DNA of 64,000 bases from Candidatus Latescibacterota bacterium (lineage in GTDB: Bacteria; Latescibacterota; UBA2968; UBA8231): contig OZ241362.1 in NCBI GenBank assembly GCA_965200315.1, positions 1,440,001 through 1,504,000 of the forward strand. Reading direction: 5' to 3'. Shown piece by piece: positions 57,451 to 64,000 of the stretch. The stretch's first letter is position 1. Every line of letters starts with the position of its first letter. The position numbers were made by a program, and so were the translations under genes. Below the pieces are notes generated by a model that made no database searches, had not been told where the DNA came from, and saw nothing but the letters and a program-made list of their open reading frames with translations.

Positions 57451-58830
57451 TTATTGAGTAAACTGGGTCACGTTGGCGATGCCGCCCGGCTGAGTCAACG
57501 CATAGACGATTAGGTTGACCCCGAACTGCAACCCGCGCTCTCGTGCATCAGCCAGCGGATCGCCCCAGTACCAGCTAATATTTAGGTCGCTGAAGACCAC
57601 CGCAACCCGACCGCGTAGTTCCAACATCTCCAAATCGAACACATTGCCAGCCGGTGCGCCGCCCATCGGCGGACCATCGGGAAAATCCCAGAAGCTATAG
57701 TAAAGATCGTGGCTCTTGGGCACTTTCTGCCACTTGGAGCCGTCGCTACCCTTGGTTATTATTTTTTTTAGCACCAGCGGATCTTTCATCAGGGCCTTAA
57801 ACTGGCGGTCAAACGGCGTACCCGAAACCCCGGCTTCTTTGCCCTCGAGTCCGTTCTCAGCGTCGCTTTGGCGAATTTCCTCAGCATAGAGAAAACCACC
57901 ATTCTTGAGATAGTCGCCTAGGTTGGTTTTCTCTGTATCGCTGATTTGCAAAACAGCATCGTTGCCCGTCACATAAATCATAGGGGCGTCCATAATGCGC
58001 GGATCCGAAAACTCCAAGGTCGTGCCCTCAATGCGGGCATTAATTTGGGTATGGTCGCGCATATAGCGCATCAACTCCTCTACCGCAGTTGGGAATCGAT
58101 CGCTGTTCTTGTCTGCGATATCGTAGTCAATGACTGTCATGTTAAAGAAGCCGCGGATATTGCGTTTATTGTCGGGATCATGAATCAAGATCGCTTGATA
58201 GCGGCCGATGTCTAAGTCGCCGACATTGAGCAATTCGTGCCTCAGGCTCAGAGCCTCTTGCACTGGTGCCGACGTTTCCGCCAGTTCGATCATCGCGACC
58301 TCGTCGAAGGCCAACTCTTCGGGCTTGGCACCTGAAAAGGCACCCAAGACCTGCGTACCGGGTAAAACCGAACTCAAGAGGTCGCTACCTACCGCGCTTA
58401 CATCGGCTATCGCCGATATATCCTGTGGCAAATCCGGTGGTGCCATCGATTGTAGCATCTCCATCTGCACTTCGGATATCTCGGGTCGCTTGGCTAAGTC
58501 GAAGTTCTTTTCGAGAATTGGCGGAGGAGCGCGGAAAATGATTAGCTGCTCTTTTGCTTCTTCTTCGCCAATGCCAAATAGATAATCGTAAACGAAGACG
58601 CCAGCGTGGATGGCTACCGAGAGGAAAAAGGCCACTCCCATGCTCATCCGGCGGCCAGTGGTAGCCGTATATAGGGCGTATAACAGTACCCCAACACCCG
58701 CCAAACCGGCGGCGATTACCACCCACTTGGACAGGATGAAAAGGACGTGAATGAGAAAGGCCGCGCCGACAGCCATATAGGCCGTTTTTTGGCGCTGGGC
58801 CTGTACTGCTTTTTTATACTCGTCTACCAC
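57451..58830 (-). CDS. Membrane-anchored DUF4159 protein with TonB-like linker
   Basis: Three N-terminal TM helices (SVAIHAG resembles the TonB SxxxH motif), Pro-rich linker, C-terminal PMIYVTG..LGDYLKNGGFLYAE..GVNLIVYALT. Confidence 0.78.
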   Translation of the reverse strand: MVDEYKKAVQAQRQKTAYMAVGAAFLIHVLFILSKWVVIAAGLAGVGVLLYALYTATTGRRMSMGVAFFLSVAIHAGVFVYDYLFGIGEEEAKEQLIIFRAPPPILEKNFDLAKRPEISEVQMEMLQSMAPPDLPQDISAIADVSAVGSDLLSSVLPGTQVLGAFSGAKPEELAFDEVAMIELAETSAPVQEALSLRHELLNVGDLDIGRYQAILIHDPDNKRNIRGFFNMTVIDYDIADKNSDRFPTAVEELMRYMRDHTQINARIEGTTLEFSDPRIMDAPMIYVTGNDAVLQISDTEKTNLGDYLKNGGFLYAEEIRQSDAENGLEGKEAGVSGTPFDRQFKALMKDPLVLKKIITKGSDGSKWQKVPKSHDLYYSFWDFPDGPPMGGAPAGNVFDLEMLELRGRVAVVFSDLNISWYWGDPLADARERGLQFGVNLIVYALTQPGGIANVTQFTQ

Positions 58831-58867
58831 AGTCTTTCTCCCTCTTGGAAGGGCCTAGAAACCTCAT

Positions 58868-59275
58868 TCAGTTACGCTGCGGTTCCGTGGCGATGACCTG
58901 ATCAATGACACCCACTTGACGAGCAATGTCCATGATTTGGACGATTTGACCGTGCGTGGAGCGCTCGTCTCCTTGGATGATAATCATCGTGGTGTTGTCC
59001 AACAGCTGTCTCTTCGCTTGCAATTCCTCTTTGAGAGTTGCAAAGGTCACCGACTTGTGGTTCAGCTTCATATTACCGTCTTGGTCCACGACAATAAAAA
59101 GGTTCTCCTTTTCCGGAGCCTGGGCCTCTTCGGCCTCGGGCAATTTAATATCCAAACCCGGAGTAATGGCGAACACAGCGGTTACCATAAAGAAGATGAG
59201 TAGCTGAAAGACCACGTCAATCATCGGAGTCAGATCGGGCATAGTCAGCTCTTTTTTTTCTACTCTCTCAGCCAT
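58868..59275 (-). CDS. exbD: Biopolymer transport protein ExbD/TolR
   Basis: DLTPMIDVVFQLLIFFMV, IKLPEA, IIQGD..HGQIVQIMD. Confidence 0.93.
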   Translation of the reverse strand: MAERVEKKELTMPDLTPMIDVVFQLLIFFMVTAVFAITPGLDIKLPEAEEAQAPEKENLFIVVDQDGNMKLNHKSVTFATLKEELQAKRQLLDNTTMIIIQGDERSTHGQIVQIMDIARQVGVIDQVIATEPQRN

Positions 59276-59304
59276 CTATCTCATGCCTCCTAAAAAGAGC
59301 CGCC

Positions 59305-59958
59305 TTAGGCAGCTTGCGTACCTTGCCAACGACGTAGCAGGGCGTCCACAAAACCGTGGCCATAGGCTTCAAACTCAACAGACTTGCCCGTGGCGCGGTT
59401 GCTAAAGTATGTGAAGATCGCGATTGAAGGCACGGCGATCACCAGACCGGTAACTGTAGTGATCAGCGCTTCGGAAATACCTGCGGCGACGATCGTCGGC
59501 TCACCAAGCCCCTTTTCCGCAATACCTTCAAACGCGTTGATCATACCGTTGACCGTGCCCAGCAGGCCGAGCAACACCACGGACTTGGACACGAAGTCAA
59601 TAACGGCTAGATACCGTTCAAGATACGCCAAGGCGGCGCGTTCAACCGTGCCGTTCATTTCCTCGCGCATTTCCTCCATCGTGCGTTGCTCACGCGACAA
59701 GTGTTCAAAGCGCTCAATCCCCTCGCCGTACACCTCGCCTTCTAGCTTGCCAACCTCGGCACAGTATTCCTTGAGTTGGTCAATGGAAGCACCCGAGTCT
59801 ATACGTGCGTTGATGTCATTGGTGACTTCGGCCAATTCGTCCTCAGAGCGCAGCCGTGCATACGTATAAATGCGCTCGAGAAAAAACGCAATGGAAAGCA
59901 TAGACCAGAGCCCCAAAGGATACATAAAAGGTCCACCTTCGCGAAAAAGTTCAATCAT
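59305..59958 (-). CDS. exbB: MotA/TolQ/ExbB proton channel protein
   Basis: GGPFMYPL, LLGLLGTVNGMINAF, VAAGISEALITTVTGLVIAVP. Confidence 0.92.
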   Translation of the reverse strand: MIELFREGGPFMYPLGLWSMLSIAFFLERIYTYARLRSEDELAEVTNDINARIDSGASIDQLKEYCAEVGKLEGEVYGEGIERFEHLSREQRTMEEMREEMNGTVERAALAYLERYLAVIDFVSKSVVLLGLLGTVNGMINAFEGIAEKGLGEPTIVAAGISEALITTVTGLVIAVPSIAIFTYFSNRATGKSVEFEAYGHGFVDALLRRWQGTQAA

Positions 59959-60005
59959 TTTCTTTTTCCCTCCTTAAGGAAGTTAGGACGCAAAAAAAGC
60001 AAACG

Positions 60006-63000
60006 TTAGAGGACGCGAGCTTCCTGCATTACCTGTAGCTGCTCTCTGGCATAGTCCACCTGCGTCACGTATTTGGGGTTGTCGCCATAGCTGTCGACGA
60101 CCTCCTGAAAGACGGTACCAGCCTGACGGAATTCCTCCTGGGCCATATAGGCGGCACCGATGTTGACTAGTGAATTGACAGCTTGATCGCTCTTGGGATA
60201 CTTCTGCTGTACTTCCTTGAAGACCGCCATTGCCTCGTCGTAATTTTTCTCAGCCAAAAGCTGTTCGCCCGTTGCATAAAGATTGTAGGCATCGATCTCA
60301 GCCAAATGTCCGAGCAGAGTCCTTGCCTTGTTGGGCAGCGCTCGATCTTGGGCAATCAACTTGTCAACGGGAAAGCGATCCAAGAAAGTCTGGTAGCTTG
60401 CGGTGGCCTTCTCGTAATCCTTGAGGCCGTAATAGTAATCTCCGAGCGTAAATTGGCTACGTGCCCCATACGTACCGTTGGCATGTTCAGCAACTATTCT
60501 CTCGAAAACTGGCACCGCTTCTTCCTTGCGGTCGAGGTTGATCAGGCACCAAGCCTTGTTGTAGAGTGCATCGTCCACATGGCTCGACTGAGAATAGCGC
60601 CTAATGATTCGGTCGTAGTAGACCATGGCATCTAGGTAGTGCTGGTTTTTGTTCTCCACGCCGCTTCTATTGGTCATGTTAAACAGGGCATCGCCAGCAC
60701 GAAAAAGCGCCTCAGACGCATAGCGGGACTGCGGATACTTATCTGCTAGGCTAGCAAAAATATCGCTGGCGTCGCGCCATTTACCCATCCGATAGTGGGC
60801 CCAAGCATCGTAGTAATAGGCATGCACAGCGCGCTCGTCGTCAGGATATTGGGTGTAGTAGGTATTGAACGCTTGGGACATCGCTGGCAGCACGTCAACA
60901 TTGCCGTTAGCCGATAGTTGGTTATAAGCTACGCCTATTTGGAATTGGGCATTTTTGGCCCAAGCAATCTGCGGATAGTTTTCGATGATGGTGTTATACG
61001 TGGCAATCGCTTGGACGAACTGCTCCGACCTGTAGAAACAGTTGCCTTGGACGAAGAGCGCGTTGGCAATGCTCTCAACATTGATGGCCAAGTCGATGAG
61101 TTCCTGAGCTGCTTCAATACTCTGTTGAAACTTATCCAGCTTGAAGTAGGCATTGGCCAAGCGAATTAATAAACGCTCCCGGTCTTCAGTGGAGGTAGTA
61201 GTAGCCAACATCTCTTCATAGATGCGCACCGCTTCCTCTGGATTGCCCTTCTTCTCGGCCATTGAGATTAGCTGCAGCCGTGCCGAACGCACCAAGCTCT
61301 CGTCTCCAGAAGCAATAACCTCGTTTAGCAGCTTCTCCGCCTCGGCATCATTACCTTCCGCAGAGTACGACAGTGCCATCGAAAAGGAGACCTTTAGCTG
61401 CATCGCCTTGGGGACTTTGGTGTCCAATAGCCACTTGTAATCGAGCAACGCACGGTCGTAACGGCCCGAGTAGTGATAGGCCAATGCACGTCCGTAGCGG
61501 GTATCGCGAATGACATCGCTTTCAGGGTACTCTTCAAGCACCATGGTATAGCGCTCGACTGCATCGACGTAGTTTTTATTATTGAGGTCGAGCTGAGCCA
61601 TCTGGAAATGGGCCCTAGCCTCCAAATCGCGGTCACCGGTCACGCCTTCTAGCAATTGATTGAGCAGCGCACGTCCCTCGGCGATGCGATCTTGAGAAAT
61701 GTAGAGGTTAGCCGCCTCAATCAGCGCGGCAATGTATGTCTCGCGAGCATCGCGGTCAACCTCGGAGAAAGCAGCGATGGCCTCGTCTTTCCGGCCTTCG
61801 TCTCGGTAGAGAATACCAAGGCCATAGTAAGCATCAGCCGTATGCCGCGTATCCTGATAGCTTTCCGTTATAGCCTTGTAGGCTTCAATGGCCTCCTCAA
61901 CTTTCTGCTGCTCGTAGTTTAACCGAGCGATGCGCAACAAGCACAACGGCGCTTGGTCGGATCGGGGAAAGTTGTCCACTGCCTGCGTGTAGCTTGCGAT
62001 AGCCTGATCCGCCACGCCGAGTTTTTCGGCAGACCAACCTGCGCTATACAGCGCTGCGGAGCGCAAACCCGTATCGCTATCCGGGTAGTCTCCCAGCAGT
62101 TGTAGGTAGTCTTCACGGGCAGCAGCATAGTCTCCGGCGAAGTACTTGGCTTCGCCTTTCTGATACTGAGCGTTTGGCGGATAAGGCGTATCCCCGTAGA
62201 GTTCAATCACTTGGTTGTAAGCAGTCCACGCCTCGTCGAACTTCTCCCACTCCATGTAGTTGTCGCCGATTCTCATCTGCACCTTGGCTTTATAAAAGCG
62301 TTCCTCGGCGGTTTCTTGGGCGGCGATCAACTCTTGGTAGGCTTCCTCAAATTGGTCTGTTTTGCGGAAGATCTCAGCAACGCGTAACGAGGAAGTCTCA
62401 AAAAGCTGTCGATAGTTTTCAAAATCGACATTCTTCCCCTCGCGAAACGAACCGCGCAAGAGTTCAAACATCCGGTCGTAGAGATCGCGCACATCGCGGT
62501 AGGCTTTAATGGCCTCTTCGTCGTGCCCCATCTGGTCGTAGGCGTTGGCCTCTAAATAAAGGGCTTGGGCAATAACCGGACTACTGGGATACTTATCGGG
62601 AACTACTTGGGCCATCTCAACAGATTTAGCGTACTCGCCCTTTTCATAGAACGCACTAGCGATGCGGAACTGCGAATCCGGCGCATAGCGGTCTTGCGGA
62701 TAAGCCGACAACATGCCGTTGAGCGTTTCGATGGATTGGTCGTACTCTTTTGTATTAAACTCGCTCCAGCCCGCGTAAAAATACGCCTTGCCAGCTTCCG
62801 GCGTCTCGGGGAACAACTCGACGTAGTGCTTGTATTCCTTTGTTGCCTCGCCATACTCTTTGGCGAGAAAGCGAGTCTCGGCAACTTGGAACTGCACCAA
62901 GGACTTGAAATCCTCGGCTACGCTTCCTACATCGAGAACTTGGCGATAGGCTTCCACCGCTTCTTCGTGTTGCCCGCTCTTTTTGTAGGCATTGCCCAGC

Positions 63001-63251
63001 TGATACCAAGCTGCCGCGACTACGGGCAATTCCAAGTCGTTGCCAAACACTACCCGCACACTGTCGGTACGCACGGCCTTGCTGTCAAACTTGACGATCT
63101 TTGAATACTCGATGATCGCCCCTTCAAACTCGCCAAGGGCGTAGAGAGATTGTCCGGCGTCAAAACTGGTCTTCAGATTTTGCGGCACCGGTAGAAAAAG
63201 GCTAGCTCCTAGCCCCAATCCCAGCGCGATAAGTCCGGCCCAGACCGTCAT
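60006..63251 (-). CDS. Large periplasmic TPR protein (BamD/CpoB-type repeats)
   Basis: N-terminal hydrophobic segment; about 20 repeats of A.Y..G..Y...Y..A...Y..V...YP.S. Confidence 0.9.
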   Translation of the reverse strand: MTVWAGLIALGLGLGASLFLPVPQNLKTSFDAGQSLYALGEFEGAIIEYSKIVKFDSKAVRTDSVRVVFGNDLELPVVAAAWYQLGNAYKKSGQHEEAVEAYRQVLDVGSVAEDFKSLVQFQVAETRFLAKEYGEATKEYKHYVELFPETPEAGKAYFYAGWSEFNTKEYDQSIETLNGMLSAYPQDRYAPDSQFRIASAFYEKGEYAKSVEMAQVVPDKYPSSPVIAQALYLEANAYDQMGHDEEAIKAYRDVRDLYDRMFELLRGSFREGKNVDFENYRQLFETSSLRVAEIFRKTDQFEEAYQELIAAQETAEERFYKAKVQMRIGDNYMEWEKFDEAWTAYNQVIELYGDTPYPPNAQYQKGEAKYFAGDYAAAREDYLQLLGDYPDSDTGLRSAALYSAGWSAEKLGVADQAIASYTQAVDNFPRSDQAPLCLLRIARLNYEQQKVEEAIEAYKAITESYQDTRHTADAYYGLGILYRDEGRKDEAIAAFSEVDRDARETYIAALIEAANLYISQDRIAEGRALLNQLLEGVTGDRDLEARAHFQMAQLDLNNKNYVDAVERYTMVLEEYPESDVIRDTRYGRALAYHYSGRYDRALLDYKWLLDTKVPKAMQLKVSFSMALSYSAEGNDAEAEKLLNEVIASGDESLVRSARLQLISMAEKKGNPEEAVRIYEEMLATTTSTEDRERLLIRLANAYFKLDKFQQSIEAAQELIDLAINVESIANALFVQGNCFYRSEQFVQAIATYNTIIENYPQIAWAKNAQFQIGVAYNQLSANGNVDVLPAMSQAFNTYYTQYPDDERAVHAYYYDAWAHYRMGKWRDASDIFASLADKYPQSRYASEALFRAGDALFNMTNRSGVENKNQHYLDAMVYYDRIIRRYSQSSHVDDALYNKAWCLINLDRKEEAVPVFERIVAEHANGTYGARSQFTLGDYYYGLKDYEKATASYQTFLDRFPVDKLIAQDRALPNKARTLLGHLAEIDAYNLYATGEQLLAEKNYDEAMAVFKEVQQKYPKSDQAVNSLVNIGAAYMAQEEFRQAGTVFQEVVDSYGDNPKYVTQVDYAREQLQVMQEARVL

Positions 63252-63311
63252 TTGTGTATCTCCTTGTTACTCTAAGTTTCTAGTTTGGAGTTTATCGGGG
63301 TGTTTATTTTT

Positions 63312-64000
63312 TTAGAATTCGTATGCGAAGGAGAACCGATGTGCGCCATTGGTCTCGGTCAAATCCAAACCGATGTCATAGGCATAGTCGAACACCAACT
63401 GGTTCCACTGATACCCCAACCCCGCATTCAAACCACCGCCGGCGTCCTCCGACAACAAACGACGACCGCCCGCCCGCAACAACAACCCCTCCACCAACTG
63501 CGTCTCCCCACCAACCACCAACCCCTGATCCGAACCCTCACCCGTCAAATCACGACGAACATACTGAACCGAAACCAACGACTGACTGCTCAGACGATAC
63601 CCCACCCCCACATGCACGTCCATCGGCAACGCACCCGCATCCGCATCCCCTTCCACCTTGCCATAGGCCACATTCGGCTGGTTGAGATTCTTCAACAACA
63701 CCCCCACCTGCGCCCCTTGCACCGGACTCTGCCACAGCAAACCCAAATCAACCCCGACATTGCCCGCACTCTGGTTCGACAGCGGATCGGCACGCCCGTC
63801 ATCGTCGGGAATCGACCCCACACTCCAAAACAAATACTTGGCCGATACGCCCACCTGCAGCCGACGCTCCACCTGATACGACAGCGACACAAACGCCCCG
63901 TTTTCACTCATCAGCGAGGAGCCAATCCGCTCATAGCCCAAACCCAAGCCCAGCTTGTCGCCCAACGGCTGCGCATAGGACACCACGTGCTGACCCAGAT
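63312..64000 (-). CDS. Outer-membrane beta-barrel, PorV/PorP-like (partial, runs off the right edge)
   Basis: VGVSAKYL, GVDLGLLW, GVLLKNLNQP, LPMDVHVGVGY, FDYAY, C-terminal AHRFSFAYEF. Confidence 0.75.
   Translation of the reverse strand, partial: LGQHVVSYAQPLGDKLGLGLGYERIGSSLMSENGAFVSLSYQVERRLQVGVSAKYLFWSVGSIPDDDGRADPLSNQSAGNVGVDLGLLWQSPVQGAQVGVLLKNLNQPNVAYGKVEGDADAGALPMDVHVGVGYRLSSQSLVSVQYVRRDLTGEGSDQGLVVGGETQLVEGLLLRAGGRRLLSEDAGGGLNAGLGYQWNQLVFDYAYDIGLDLTETNGAHRFSFAYEF

Overview
GC-rich bacterial chromosomal window. The gene content (DUF6785/DUF6784 membrane proteins, several PhyH dioxygenases, HpcH aldolases and Gfo/Idh/MocA enzymes, a protein with a FlgD/T9SS-type C-terminal domain, a PorV/PorP-like barrel) suggests a Latescibacterota/Poribacteria-like organism; this is inference only. 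Most of the window is sugar-acid and peptide uptake and catabolism: two ABC transporters, two gamma-glutamyltransferases, a dehydratase, aldolases, a sialidase-like protein and a decayed GH42. It also holds aroA and an envelope operon (beta-barrel, large TPR protein, ExbB, ExbD, TonB-like DUF4159 protein). Main features not visible in the ORF track: (1) a lipoprotein peroxiredoxin-like selenoprotein with an in-frame UGA (UxxC) and a SECIS-like hairpin; (2) an Rpn-family nuclease inserted between two permeases, flanked by an 81-bp diverged duplication of the target gene's 3' end and carrying an internal RBS+ATG; (3) a dynamin-like GTPase running off the left edge; (4) a low-GC HNH + C5-methyltransferase island with a damaged nuclease; (5) an apparent CCWGG-to-CCTAG/CTTGG mutational footprint; (6) a structured non-coding leader and a MITE/REP family; (7) about 15 deleted or chimeric gene remnants. 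No rRNA, tRNA or CRISPR array was seen. All family assignments come from motif recognition by eye, not database searches.
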